The notes under the pieces are model-generated. The model saw only the letters and a program-made list of their open reading frames with translations. It was not told where the DNA came from and did not search any database. The position numbers and the translations under genes were made by a program. From assembly GCA_038496445.1 (NCBI GenBank), contig JALMLS010000480.1, forward strand, positions 62,001 through 126,000: a stretch of DNA of 64,000 nt. The letters are read 5' to 3'. The DNA is from Trichosphaerium sp. ATCC 40318. Lineage: Eukaryota; Protista; Tubulinea. Each line of letters opens with the position of its first letter. Position 1 is the stretch's first letter. Below, piece after piece: positions 24,089 through 38,800 of the stretch.

Positions 24089-24694
24089 GTTGTATAAACA
24101 CTACAAACGTTAATAAACTTAAGTTATTTGCTTCAAACGAATTTACAAAACACTTTTGTAAGAACCATTTGTTGTGGGATGAATCACAAAGGTTAGTGGT
24201 GATTCTTATGAACGTGTTACAATTGTACTTCACTGTTCTAATTGTAGTTATTACCAGGTGTTATTATCTAACTGTTGTAAATACAAACTATTAGAGCTTT
24301 AGTTTGTGTTTATTAATTCAAACGTTATTCTTTTGGCGAGGTGTATACAGCGTTTGACTAAACACGTGCTGTTTTACATAAAAATATTGTACAAAACTTT
24401 ATTTCTTCGCGAAAAATATTTGTTAGTTTGCTGAGTATATCTGTCGTATAAGGTTCCACCATACTCCAAAGTGAGTGTGTGTATACGTTTTGTATAGCGT
24501 AGTGGTTAATACGCGACATATCAGAAAGGGTTCTATCTTACATAATGAATATCACATGTACCAATGCAAAACGACTGGAGATTCACCAATGCTGGAGGCT
24601 AAAACTATTCCTTCACGCTTCCCTTGTGGGTTAACTTAACTTACAAGGCAATCAACTATTGGGTTAGGATGGACATACATCTTTTGGTGTTGTA

Positions 24695-25405
24695 ATGTCC
24701 GTATCGTTCAAGTTTTCTAATCTTTGCAACTTTTTGCTGCTTGTGACTTTTGGTTTTCGAGTTTAGTCAGATCTGACAGATCTTGCAACTTCTGTTAGTT
24801 CTACAGAACTGGCAATTTTGCTAGAACTAGCAGATCCAACGTTTGAAATGCGATTCACGTTTTTGGAGGCTTGCTGGGCGGAAAAATCATGAATTTACAC
24901 TGGCGCACGTGATTTTAAAACCACCAATATTAATTTTATTTTACAGTTATAACAGTTATATGGCGTACATACCATAATAACGCCTTCAGAGATACTTTGA
25001 GCGATTTTGGAATTAATCTTTACGTTTTTTCCCGTTGATACGCCTTTTGACACTATGATTGTGTAAGCACTAGCGCGTGGCAGCGTAGTACATTAACAAA
25101 TAACAAGTAATTAGTACCTTTTGGTCTTGTTTGATACTGCAATAGTCTTGTTAGATGATGTGACTTTGCCATTGTATTTTTTTCTTGCCTTAAGGTACAT
25201 AAGCACGGAAAGTAAGGTATATAGACTGGAGTTGTGGAATGTGATGCATTCAAATTGCACTGAACCTTCAAGTTTTTAACAGATCTGACAGAACTTACAA
25301 GAACTAGCAAAAGTGACAATATCTGACAGATCTGTTAGTTCTTGCAAGATCTTACACTTTGATACTTCTGCCAAACCTGTCGCAAACTTAAATGATACGG
25401 GCAAT
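24695..25405. mobile_element. Non-autonomous TIR DNA transposon (~700 bp)
   Basis: Ends tgtccgtatcgttcaagttt / aaacttaaatgatacgggca are inverted; subterminal agatctgacaga repeats; absent from the paralogous site near 44260; inverted partial copy at 40090-40490. Confidence 0.65.
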
Positions 25406-25563
25406 AAACTTGAACGAGTGGAATTTATTACATTTTGTTAACCGTATAACTCGATCACGTAAAAAGTAATAGTTTATGTTGACTTACAAATAAACCTGAA
25501 GATTTATTACATTCAACTTTAAATGAGGTACAATTTATTTAGGGCATCTATTCCATGTATTAC

Positions 25564-28500
25564 TTACTTGTACGTTATAAAGTTCTTCATGTTTTCAACT
25601 GAATAAGTTGTAAAATCACTTGCTATTACATGTTGATTTGGAGCTACACGTGGATCAACAAAAAAAAAAAAGATGTCAGGATTATACCTTTCCTTACAAC
25701 TGCCATCTTCGTCATCGGAGGGTTCGATAGTTTAAACTGGTTCTTCCAATTTGATAGTTTGTATTGGTTCTTCCATAAAAAATCTGTGACTGATATTTCT
25801 TGACTTGGTACACGAGTGTACTGTGAGAAACAACAAAGTTAGCAATCACTTAATATGAAATCTGTTTTACAATAAGCAGAAAGACGCACTAGCATATTTG
25901 TTATTGGTAATGGCACTTGCATGCTTTGTACAGGAAAGTTCTTGAACCAAAGAGGTTTCCAAAACGCATTTTTCATGCAAACTCTACGATAGTACTTGCT
26001 TGTACTACCAAGCTGACATAAACAATATGCATCTAGAAAGTCCACAACCTGTAGCTTAATCTCGTATGGCATTTCTTCAAAAAGCTAAGAACATTAACTC
26101 CATTAGCGTAACATTTAGGTTGAACAACTTTATGTTGTGCTGAAACGCTGTTTTCCTCAGATCAAAAACAACGTACTGTGAACTTCAATGACAAATTATA
26201 GCTTTTAAGCCAAAGAATAAAGTTAAATCGAGATCCAGAAGTCAAAGCTTTTGTTGAATGCACTCGATATCCTGGATGGACAATAGCATAGCAAGGTCTA
26301 TGACCGACAATAACATCTGATTCATTTTCTTTTGAGAAAACCAACTCTCCACCTAAACAACAGGGTTGAGCTACTGAAGCAAAGCTGTTATCACTTTCAA
26401 CAAGTGGACGTAATACCGAATCTTAGAGTATAAATAACGATAAAGAATACTTTAATCACATGGTTTGGAAGTACTTTTATACTTTAATCACGTGGTTTGG
26501 AAGTGTACCATAACAAATTTTAACAAAAAAGCTTGAAAAAAATACCTGTGAATGTTTGTCCTAAACATAGGTTCACTGTGTAATCAGAGTCATCAACATG
26601 TACAGGATGTTGAATGTCGCCATTCATATTATAGTGAACAATCATTCCAACAGTGCCTTTTAATACTTCGTGTTCAGAAAGACCATAAAGTTTATGTATC
26701 AACTTCCCAATAATATCACCACTCACGCTCTAAACAAATCAGTATTTACAATTGTATGTACGTAAATATTGTTTGCATTGAAGCGTGTATTGTGGCATAC
26801 CTTGATAAAGTTTGAGAATCCAAATTCATTCAAGATAAGACCATCTTTGTTCAACTTTTGACGACTTTTATCAATATTTAAAGCTTCGTGAATCAACATC
26901 CTGGCACATTGCTTTCCTATCAACTCAAAAGCGTATACATCTTCATCATGCGTTTCTACAATATCTGTTGGTGATATACCAGCCTTCATAGAGGTAACAG
27001 CAGGGCATTGACTCATGTTTGCAGCGAAAAAATTAAGCATGTTTGGATGGAGTGCTGTGAACTTGGATGCGAAATTGGATGCGAAATTGGATGTATTGAA
27101 GAGCGGTGGGATTGTAAGTTTATAAGAGGGTACGTCACGTCTTGGAAGGGTATTATGGGTTCCTTTTTTTTTGTTAGCTGTGTCAAGAAAAGAAATCAAG
27201 AAAAAAATAAGAAACTCACCTTTTGGGTCAAAGGTCATAACAATGAGTTTACTCTCGTTGTTGTTGGTTGATACTGAAAGCAGATTATTTTCAAAACCAG
27301 CAAAAGATGTGAGATATACTTCTTGCCATAACCAGAGTGGTTTGAGTTGAGTTGTAGATACACAACACAAGTCGCCACCAAAAAAACCATCGACATTGAA
27401 CCTTCTGTGAACAGAGTACAAAATGTAAGACTAATGTTATTGTTCTGTATTGTGTACTTTTCTTGTTCTGTCAAGAATATGTGTACATCTTTATAAATAT
27501 GCTGTGAGGTTATTCGCGTACCTATAGCTTGAAAACAATTTGTTGGGCGCTAATGAAAAGTAAACCCTTGAAAAAAAAAAGAGAAACGATGATTATAATG
27601 ACATACATGTTGTTCAATAAACGGATACCCATCTCGTTCAACTATGACTTCTCTGAAAGTATACATTATGCAAGACCCAGTAAAAGGCAGATTTACACTT
27701 GCGCATGAAACACCTTTCGTATTTAGAGCCTATCAAAATAACTTAGAGAATGAAACTGAAACAACTAAAAAACCCTTACAACCATCCAGTTTTTGTGAGC
27801 ATCTGTTATCCAGAACAACCTACCAACACACTGTACGGATCCATTAAACTTTATGTAAGATTTGCTACATGAATGTATTAGAAATAATTTAAAAGCAATT
27901 TCTGGATGAGCACGTGCGTGGTAGAGTTCAAACAAGAAAGGGTATTCAAGTTGAATAACCAAGTTTGTGATAAAGATATAAGCAATACATCATCGATTAT
28001 CCCAACATCACCAAACCTTTCAACTTTTTTATCGTAATCATGTGGTACCTATTCATTAAAAAATTATCATATATTGGCTTCAAAAGGGGTGATGTTAATA
28101 AATTATGGTGAGTACATTGATATCCTTGCAAACACGTGATTTCAAATAAAGAATCTTTGGAGGATGGCTTTGAACACAAAAAACAAACGCATCGTCCTTC
28201 CAAAAAGCAGCTGCACATATTCCAAAGCAGTCCGATGAGTCTTTGGCATTGAACGCAGACTCTCCTTTCACTGGATCAAAGTCACTCTTCGTCAAAATGT
28301 GTACGCGCCTAATCAGAATAAAAAGTCAAAAAAAAACACGTGTAAAATTTCAACCGTTTTTTTTGAAAAATGTGTTTCAGAAAACGATAACTCACAAGGT
28401 TGATATTATAGCCATAGACTCGCAACTGTCCGAGAATACTATTTTGGTGTATCTTTCTTTGTTTGTCTTGTTTGGTATCTTTAAAGTATTGATAACACTC

Positions 28501-28728
28501 CAATCATCGCCCTTAGCATCGTATATCGTTACATTAGCACATACAACAGACGATACTAAACTGTTTGTTTTGTCTTGTGTCACACAAACAGCATATTTTT
28601 CGCAGAGGCCTTAATCAGTAAGTACCTAAGCATATTGAAGCGTTTCTACTTGTACCTATAGCTTCAATAACGCAATTTAAAGTAATTTTAAGCTCCTTTA
28701 TGTCAAACTTTCCACAACGAAATGTCAT
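25564..28728 (-). CDS. OGFOD2/ICU11-like 2OG-Fe(II) dioxygenase - F-box fusion, copy 1
   Basis: HPVHVDDSDYTVNLCLG..GGELVF..HPGYRVH..SGSRFNFILWLKS spliced via intron 26085-26176 to LFEEMPYEIKLQVVDFLDAYCLCQLGSTSK. Confidence 0.8.
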
Positions 28729-29644
28729 TGATCTTTCGAAATTGTGGTTATGTAGTATTAACCGAACTTTAGCGTCAGGTTGTGTTATGTTTATTGGATA
28801 CAAGGCTTATCAGCATTAAGTTACAAGTTCGTTTGCTCCCGAATTTGGCTCGCACATAAGTCATCGTAGTTTGAGGCCTGGTGCAGGCTGATCCTAAGTA
28901 CAATGGACGAGATGCAGGGATTTCTCTTTACAACGTGTCATCCCTGGCAAACTCGGCAAAAGTTTGACAAAAATCAAAAAGAAGGGCGGAAACTCATCAA
29001 TACCAAACGTGAGATCTACTGATAACAACGGGTACCAGGGGCTAGCGAGGTGAAAGTTCGCCAGTGTTCATAAATACATTGAATTGTGTGTCTGAAAACG
29101 ATGCTGACGTGTATACTCAATACCAGTTAATAGCTGTTCGAGATATCCAATAAATAAATAAAGAAAAAAGTAAGACGCTTACCTATAGCATTTATGAGTA
29201 TCACCAAGCTATTGTTCTAAGATAAGCATGTGAGACTTGTTCCTTTCTCTTTTTGTAATAGAGAATAAGGTCTTGTTTAGAAAGTCTGTATTCCTCTTTC
29301 CTTTTAAAACATAGCATTTTTGTCCTTATTTGGTCAATGGACAACGGGTATTACTGATGCGCTTTGCAATTGCTATTCAGCATCAATTGATGTTTCACCT
29401 TTTTCGTGTAGGAGGTATAGCTGAGAAAGTTATTAGAAGCTCTGTTTGGTTTGAAAGAAAAAAACAGATTTCTTCTCGCAAAAATTTTCAGCGAGTGACT
29501 TTGGCCATTTTAGTCAACTTTTTTCTAAACTCAAGCATTCTTAGAGGGCGCGTGGCTTGTCTGTTATAAGTTTTTTGAACATGGCTAGTACGTTATCAAG
29601 CACTTGAAGCTATGTTTAATTAAAAAAAACCACGTGTTAATTTT

Positions 29645-32065
29645 ATGAGCGTAAAATACTTTTAAAACGAATTTACTCACCTCCTAGCGCGTATTAACGC
29701 ATCAAATATTATTCTGCTTGCCGGTATAGTTATTGGTGTATTTTTAATTTATCAGACAATATCTTTATCACGTGATCAAAGCATCTCTGTTCAAAAAGTA
29801 TGCTCTGGAGATAAATTTAAAGAAGAATATGCTGAGGACTCTTACGCGTTTATATCTGATCTAGAAAAGCGATTGCAAGATGTTATAGACGCAGGAGGTT
29901 TTAAAGAACGTATGTTAGAGCTTCAAAAGAACGAAAGCGTTCCCGTTTCACTCATGGCACGTGTACAGAAACAAGCTTCAATTTTTAGTACTTACGAAAA
30001 AATAGGAAGACTATCAAAACGCTTTAGCGCCATTCCTTGAAGTCGAGGTACGTTTTCTATAATTGAAAATAGATCACATGATTGCGTGCATCATAAACAT
30101 TGGTTTCTAATACCAGCATAGCCTCCAGCTCCTATGAAGGTGACACAAAGACCTATTCCGCTATCAGAAGGTTTGGATTGTGGCAGGTATTCTGCTATTC
30201 TTACTGGTAAGAAGCGCGATAAACCTGTGAAGGTAATATATCAGTAATTTACGCATTGCAACAATACCTTCTTTTCAAAAAGCTTTGAGAAGCTTGACGT
30301 TACAAAAATGGAACCAAAGAAATTTAAGCTCTTATTTAAACTTAACTGAACCTTAGGTTTACGATCTTGTTACTTTTTCAACTGAGCTTGACCTTCTTGA
30401 AGTAAGAATGCATGAATTGAACGAAAGTGTCGATCATTTTGTTGTTTCCGAAGCATCTTGGACTCATAGAAGAGTGCCAAAGCCGCTGTACTTTGCGAGA
30501 AACAGAGAAAGGTAATTTTTCCAAAAAGAAAAAAAAATGTTGTTTAAGTCAAAGTAACGTAACGTCACCACGTGACTGAAAATATATGTAATATCTACAA
30601 CCTTTACTTTTAAAATCACGCCATTACACTTTTTTCGTAGGCAGTATCATTTTAATACAGTGGAAGCCTTTTCTTGTGAAGTTTTTGTTACTCCGAATTT
30701 CTTCTTTTCCTAACTGACTTGAACGCCAGATACATAAAATTCCGTGATAAGATTATACATTTAGTCATTGATTACTCTGCGTTTGGCCATCTTGTTAATG
30801 GTAGGAAAATACATCAAACTGGCGGAATCCTATGGTAATATAACTTGTTGTCAAAACTATATTTCTAACAAATAAGGACGTTTGAAGAAACACATAGAAA
30901 AGCAACACAGAAAAGATTCGAAGAAGGTACAAACAAATAAACCTCTACACTATTTTGTGTATCATCTATAGATACACTAAAATTACACTGTAACCTTAAT
31001 TTTGAGAGGTTTTTAACACGAAGTTTTTACAATCTTTACAAAAACGTGTTCTGGTGTTCACCTGTTTTTACCAAGGTCACGGACAATTTGAACCTGATGC
31101 TATAGTTATTGATGGTGACGTAGATGAGATACCTACAGGCACGCTACATCAAACTCATATCACTTGTTACAAACGAGAAAAAAAGTCAAAGTCTCATTTC
31201 TGTTCAAGGTCATTTTATTTACCATCTTAAACATTGTGAAACAAAATCGGAGTTTGACACTGTTATCATAAATAATAACTTGTTTTACTTTAACTTCCGT
31301 TGGGTTAAACGTAATAATTGGCAACAACCTGCTGTCACATTAAATAATAACGTCAAAAGATTTCAGAGAGGTTTAGCATACAAAGACGGGTAACCAACTT
31401 TTTTCACCACTTTTATTTTTTTATTTTTCTCTTGTTGAGCACAGAACTTCTTGTCTAAGATACCAGCTTTGTTTTCATCACTATTACTGAACTCTATATT
31501 AAGGCGTTGTTCATTGGTAATGGTAAAAAATCCTATTTGTTGGCATATATCGTATTATGGTAATGTAACTTTTGGGGTCTTATCGTTTTTCATCTGAAAA
31601 ATTTATGCCACCTGATTCAAACGTGGGACTAATTGTCAAGTAGGTAATCCAGCTTTTTTGATGTGGAAAAGTTTATCAATAGCAGAGGTACATATAAAAC
31701 TACTTTGTTCCAAACAGTCTGCTTCCCTGAGAAAAGATTTTGATTGAAAAAAAATCTAGGGTGGCAAAATCCATAAAGAAATCTTCAATGTTAAGAAAGT
31801 ACGGGAATCACGTGAACTGGGCGAAATGTTTTATGTTCAGTTATCTCATGAAGAACAATATAAAGTAGAGATATCATGGGAGAGTGATAAATTAGAAAAT
31901 CCAATATCAATGCCATGGGTGGTATTCCACAACCCCAAGGTACCTATTTTTCTTTCAATAATATTACTTTTTTGTGTTCTCTCAGACTGGTGGAGAACAA
32001 CCTCCTTGGAATGCTTTATTTGTATATCTACAACAACACCGTAACATCATCTCAGCATTTCCTTA
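29645..32065 (+). CDS. GT17 family beta-1,4-N-acetylglucosaminyltransferase (MGAT3-like), type II membrane protein
   Basis: N-terminal TM; VYDLVTFSTELDLLEVRMHELNESVDHFVVSEAS..H...KPLYF; IVIDGDVDEIP (DxD). Confidence 0.85.
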
Positions 32066-32483
32066 AAACTGATACACAACACCAGCACGGTTCTTGCAAT
32101 TTTATTAAATTTCCTGATTTTTCTGGATGGGAGAGTGCTTTCATTACTAACCTTTCTTTAGCGGTACCCTTTCTTGATGGAAGGTATATCTGATGTGGTT
32201 CGTCATAAGTACTTTGTATCCACATAGCTATCAAGAAATTCCACGTGTACAATTCGAAATATGCCATAACAGCTGTTGTGAACAAATTAATAAAAAAACC
32301 AGTGTTCTCATCTACTGGTAGTCTAACCTAGACGTTACTCTGCAAGTCTTTCATCTTGAATCATCACTCTGACAAGAACCGAAAACCGTGATGCACGTGT
32401 TTCACTAAACGCTGACTTAATCAAGTAGCACTCGTCCAGCATTTGTTAACATCAGTAAATACCCACGACACCGAAAGATCACA

Positions 32484-35400
32484 ATGGCATTTCGTTGTGG
32501 AAAGTTTGACATAAAGGAGCTTAAAATTACTTCAAATTGCGTTATTGAAGCTATAGGTACTTGTAGAAACGCTTCAATATGCTTAGGTACTTACTGATGA
32601 AGGCCTCTGCGAAAAATATGCTGTTTGTGTGACACAAGACAACACAAACAGTTCGGCGTCTGTATTTGATGTTGTATGCGCTAATGTAACGATATACGAT
32701 GCTAAGGGCGATGATTGGAGTGTTATCAATACTTTAAAGATACCAAACCAGACAAACAAAGAAAGATACACCAAAATAGTATTCTCGGACAGTTGCGAGT
32801 CTATAGCTATAATATCAACCATGTGAGTCGCTTTCATGAAGCCGAAATCGGCGAACCTGTTTTTTTTGACTTTTTTTTTGTTTTAGGTGTGTTCATATCT
32901 TGACGAACAATGACTTTGATCCGAGGAATGGTACATCCACGTTCAATGCCAAAGATGCATTGAACTACATTTCAACTCATGGAGCTGCGTTTTGGAAGGA
33001 CGATGCCTTTGTTTTTTGCAGTAAACGTCATCCTCCAAAGATTCTTTATTTGAAATCACGTGTTTGCAAGGATATCAATGTACTCACCATAATTTATTAA
33101 CATCACCCCTTTTGAAGCCAATATATGATAATTTTTAAATGAATAGGTACCACGTGATTACGATAAAAAAGTTGATAGGTTTGGTGATGTTGGGATAATC
33201 GATGATGTATTGCTTATATCTTTAACATATACTTGGTTATTCAACTTGAATACCCTTTCTTGTTTGAACCCTACCACGCACGTGCTCAACATGTGTTAAT
33301 ATTTCTCTAACACCTAGCCAAAGAAAATCATATATAAGGTTTAATGGAGTCATTAATTGCGTTGATTCGTTGTTTTGGATCACGGATGTCCACCAAAATA
33401 AGATAGTTGTAAGTTTTCTATTTTTTCAAAACCTATTTCTAATTGTATTTTGATAGGCACTGAATAAGAAAGGTGGTACAGAAAAAAATACGCCTATACC
33501 TTTTACTGGAGCTCAGACAGTGAATACATTCAGGGAAGTCATAGTTGAACGAGAAGGGTATCCATTTATTGAAGAACACGTATGTCATTAAAGCAACTTT
33601 TTTAGGTTTAACTTTGAATTAGCGCCCAAATAACTGGTTTAAGGCCATAGGTTCCCATATAAACTCGCAGCATATCTGTAAAGATCTACACATATTCTTG
33701 ACAGAAAAAGAAAAGCACGTGATTAAGAACAATATAAACAATTAGCTGACATTTTCGTTCAGAATATACAATGTTGATGGACTTTACGGAGGTGACTTGT
33801 GTTGTGTATCTACAACTCAACTCAAACCATTCTGGTTATGGCAAGAAGTATATCTCACATCTTTTGTTGGTTTTGAAAATAAGCTGCTTTCAGTATCAAC
33901 CAATAACAACGAGAGCAAACTCATTGTTATGACCTTTGACCCAAAAGGTGAGTTTCTTATTTTTTTCTTTGATTCTAAATGTTTCTCGACTCCACTCATA
34001 GCTAACTGTATAAGGAAAAATTAATACCCTTCCAAGACGTGATGACGTACCCTCGTTTAACCTTTCAAAAGTCAAGTTTAACAGATACAGCTTCACACCA
34101 CTTCATCCAAACATACTTAATTTTTTCGCTGCAAACATGAGTCAATGCCCTGCTGTTACCTCTATGAAGGCTGGTATATCACCAAAAGATATTGTAGAAA
34201 CGCATGATGAAGATATATACGCTTTTGAGTTGATAGGAAAGCAATGTGCCAGGATGTTGATTAAAGAAGCTTTAAATATTGATAAAGGTTGTCAAAAGTT
34301 GAACAAAGATGGTCTTATTTTGAATGAATTTGGGTTCTCAAACTTTATCAAGGTATGCGAGAATACACTTGTAACCTTCGTTAAAGCAAATAATATTCTT
34401 ACATATTTCTATAGAGTGTGAGTGGTGATATTATTGGGAAGTTGATACATAAACTTTATGGTCTTTCTGAACACGAAGTATTAAAAGGCACTGTTGGAAT
34501 GATTGTTCACTACAATATGAATGGCGACATTCAACATCCTGTACATGTTGATGACTCTGATTATACAGTGAACCTATGTTTAGGACAAACATTCACAGGT
34601 ACTTTTTTTCAAGCTTTTTTGTTAAAAGTTTTTTGGTACACTTCCAAACCACGTGATCAAAGTATTCTTTATCGCTATTTATACTTTAAGTATTTGGTAT
34701 TATGTCCACTTGTTGAAAGTGATAACAGCTTTGCTTCAGTAGCTCAACCCTGTTGTTTAGGTGGAGAGTTGGTTTTCTCAAAAGAAAATGAATCAGATGT
34801 TATTGTCGGTCATAGACCTTGCTATGCTATTGTCCATCCAGGATATCGAGTGCATTCAACAACATCTTTGACTTCTGGATATCGATTCAACTTTATTCTT
34901 TGGCTTAAAAGCTACAACTTGTCATTGAAGTTCACAGTACGTTTTTGATCTGAGGAAAACAGCATTTCAACACAACATAAAGTTGTTCAACCTAGCGCTA
35001 ATGGAGTTAATGTTCTATAGATTTTTGAAGAAATGCCATATGAGATTAGGCTCCATGTAGTAGATTACCTTGATGCGTATGCGCTTTGTCAGCTTGGTAG
35101 TGTGAGCAAGTACTATCGCAAAGTCTGCAGTAAAAATGAGTATTGGAAACCTGTTTGGTACAAGAAATTTTCCAAAGACAAGCTTGTAGCGCCACCAAAT
35201 GCTCATGTTAACATACCAAAGGCACGTACTAGTACAATTAGAAGCACCTGTGCTAAAGACAGAAGTTCTAACTTTTTTTTAACCGTAGGAAGAAAATCCA
35301 TTGGAGCGATCTGCTTGGTTCCAGCAGCCAGTTCAACAAGGTGAACAACTCCAAACTCTTCCTGTCCAAAGCATGCAAGTACAAGCAACACAAACATTGC

Positions 35401-35746
35401 AGAAAAAAGGGCTGGTATGTATTTCTAATTTACTACTACCTTTGTCAACTAATTTGAGTTATTAAGACAAGAGCAGTGGGTGTCTCACAGTACAACCTTT
35501 ATCATCTACCAATTGATGAAGAATCTGTTACAAACTGGAAAAAACAGTATAAAATATCAAAGACACACAAGCCTTTTAATAAGCCTTTGATACAGAGGAA
35601 GGTCGCTGTTATGAAAGGTATGGTTTTTTTTCTTTATGTTTTTTTTCATAATGTTTATCATGTTCTTAGCTCCAGACATTATAACAGCAAAGAGTTTTAC
35701 AGATTATTCAGTGACCAACATGAAGAACTTTGTAACGTACAAGTGA
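32484..35746 (+). CDS. 2OG-Fe(II) dioxygenase - F-box fusion, copy 2
   Basis: Same exon structure; HVD..H..R motif intact; intron 34937-35020 joins in frame to IFEEMPYEIRLHVVDYLDAYALCQLGSVSK. Confidence 0.8.
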
Positions 35747-36307
35747 TAGTACTATGTAGTACAGGCAGGAATGTAATGTGATCACTTAGCAAGCACCTGC
35801 AATACATAGACAACAATTTTATCTCTGTTCCATTTATTTTCTCAATGTTTCCATATTAACTTTTGAGGAGTTGATGTTAAGATGACACGTGTTTTTTCCA
35901 AGTAAAAAAGAGATTCGTCTCTTGTGATAGTGACCTAAAAAGATTCAATTCTGCGGAAAATTAAAAACACCGCACCTTCTTTCCTTTGGTATTCCGCATA
36001 GGAATACTATGCTACAAAAGATGATACATTATTGTATGTCATGGATACGCACAGCTTAAGCGTGCAAAAGTGGTATACTAAGAATTTGTGCTCTTTTGGT
36101 CACTTTTTATTCCTCTGGCAGCTTGAACCTGATAGTTGCTTAGTACCTTCCAGTTCGCTAGCAACATGACTTCGTTCAATATCAATGCGCACAGTGCTAT
36201 GCAGAAAATCACAAAACAGCAGTAGCGCTAGTGCGAACGTAACTTAACACGTATGTACCAACTGTCATTGTGCTTCTTTTCAAACACGCAGCAACTCAAG
36301 CGGAATA

Positions 36308-37384
36308 ATGGTTAGTCGTAATATCCCGAAGCTCTATATCTGATGCTCCCTAGAATTGTAATACGAGGCTTATTATTGTACTGGTATGTTTTACCACAGT
36401 GGCTTTATGGTACGATCCCATCACGTGATTTTTAAAACAGTCTTTTGTTTTAGCCGTACATCATTCCCTGCTGGTATGACATGGCAAATACAGCTTCAAG
36501 ATACCATTGTAACTTCGTACAACGGTAAGTGAACACTTTTTTCTTGTCTTTCCTTGTTTTTGGTAAGTAGCGGACTAATAATTTTCCGCTAGTTGATATG
36601 TATGACATCGACCTCTTCGATACACCTCAGTCGGTCATTGACAGCCTTCATAACGCTGGTCGTAAAGTAGTATGTTACTTTAGTGCAGGATCTTATGAAA
36701 ACTGGAGAAGTGATGCTGGAAGTTTTCCATCAAGTGTCTTGGGAAGTCCGTTAAGTGGTTGGCCTGGTGAAAAATGGCTTGACATCCGACAAGTATGAGT
36801 TTCTTTAATTTCGCTTCATCTCATCTCACCTATGTCATATAAGATCTCCACTCTTGCTCCTATTATGCGAGCTAGACTTCAACTTGCAAAGAACAAACGA
36901 TGTGACGCTGTTGATCCCGATAACGTTGACGCTTACACGAACCCAAGTGGTAATCTCATTTTCTCATTCAAACGTTGCTCTAAGATCTACCACAGGTTTT
37001 CCTTTAACGAAATCACACCAACTGGCTTACAACAGATGGATGGCTACTGAAGCACACAATCTCGACTTATCGATAGGTCTTAAAAACGGACCTGAACAAG
37101 CTGCAGACTTAGTGAATTACTACGACTTTGTTGTTAATGAACAGTGCAGACAATACAATGAATGTGGGTCATACTCTCCTTTTATTAACCAGAATAAAGC
37201 TGTATTTCAAATAGAGTATAGCGGAGGGGTAAATGCAATTTGTAACCATGCTGCTTCATTTGGTCATTCGTACGTGGTTTCCAATCTTTTATATTCACGT
37301 GTCTTGATATTGACCATGGTTTGACAATTTTTTAGAGGTCTCAAGAAGAGACTTGACTTGAAATCATGGGTTAGATTCTGCTAG
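36308..37384 (+). CDS. Secreted GH114 endo-alpha-1,4-polygalactosaminidase-like hydrolase
   Basis: Signal peptide; TWQIQLQ, YDIDLFD, VVCYFSAGSYENWR, WPGEKWLDIR, CDAVDPDNVDAY, IGLKN, EQC; clean GT-AG introns. Confidence 0.9.
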
Positions 37385-37844
37385 TCTTTTAAATAAAAAA
37401 TGATTATGAAATGTTAACCTTGTTCAGACCTTTGCTGAGACATTTAGACCAAACGGATACCCTTTTTTGAGCGTTGAAAACTACCCTTTTGCGTTTTTAG
37501 GTGCTGTACTTTTTTCTGTCTGTTTTACTCTACAGCGTGTATAATGCGCTTCCCAAGTACACAAAACATGTATTTCGTAGTTCTAACAGCGACACATATG
37601 AACTATAGTGGAAGGGTTGCAAAATCATACTTAACTTTAGGCAGTTGGATGTTGAAGCAACGTTGCACTTACATTAGTTTTGTGCGTTCACACTCCACAC
37701 ATTCTGGTTTGCAAACATGTTTTTAAGCCAGTAACTATAGGCGGCAAAATAGAATCTAGCGCCAATTCAAAGAAACCTTCTTAAGAAATTCTACTTAAGT
37801 TTCAGCTAACAATACGCTACCCCGAAGCCTTATTTTGACAATAG

Positions 37845-38460
37845 TTGATACCTATGAGAAATCACAAGGAGGTAAAAAAGTATGGCTCTTATAGATCACC
37901 ATATAAGAAAGCTGCAGGTAGAAAAAAAGGAAATTGTTGGATAGTGAATATACTAGAAAGGCATGTTAGGAGAAAAGATGGTAATATTGCCAGTGTTAGA
38001 CCTTCTCGAATCTATGATGCATTTTCTCAAAGAAATACACAATATCATCCTAGTTGGTTTGAAGGGTTACCGCCTACTATGATCCGAGATGCAATAGAGA
38101 ATTTATTGATAAGTGAACAACCTTTTCTTCCTGTTCTTGTGTAAGTAAAGCACTGTCCAATCAACACAAGGTATCAATGTACAGTTGCTATTTATAAACC
38201 AGATAGTATACGCACCAGGTTAAAGCAATATTTCAATAATACTAAGCAGCAAAGTCATGCAAGAGATATTCCGATTAACAAAGTTGATGAGATTGCAACA
38301 TGGGCTATTGAAAATAAAAAGATATTGGCTTCAAATATTAATGCTGGAAGAAGAGAAGTATTGGGAACATTACTATCAATGAATTCCCTTGTTTCAGGGA
38401 AGTATTGTAAGGAATGGTTATAGTGGCTTGATGACCGGATGCATAGAGTTTTCTAAACTA
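37845..38460 (+). pseudogene. Stop-interrupted intronless ORF, probable transposable-element relic
   Basis: Frame continues through isolated stops for ~200 codons; no diagnostic motif. Confidence 0.3.
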
Positions 38461-38599
38461 ATGAGCTTGAACCAGCTTGTATAAAGTACGTTAATGACTC
38501 AACTCCGACTTGACTGTTGAAAAAAAATAAACGGTTTGACTTTGACTTCAGTCATCGTTAATAGTATAAACCAACAATGGGTGTTTGACTCGGAAATGT

Positions 38600-38800
38600 G
38601 GCATTTTTTTGAATAGTTTTGAGCTTTTGGTTTGATTTGATGACAATAGCTTTTCTATTTATATCCGACGTGTTGCGATCGTTTTTAATAATGTTTTTGA
38701 ACGGGACGCATAGACAGGTGAAACGAATGTACAATCATATAAGAATAACTTCAACAGGTGTATCATTTAAACTGGCTATCGTTCATTGGCTCAGAGTCAT
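38600..38800 (-). pseudogene. F-box relic related to the 49975-50982 gene
   Basis: SLNDTPVEVIL vs FFDEIPVEVIV; shared acttcaacaggt core. Confidence 0.45.
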
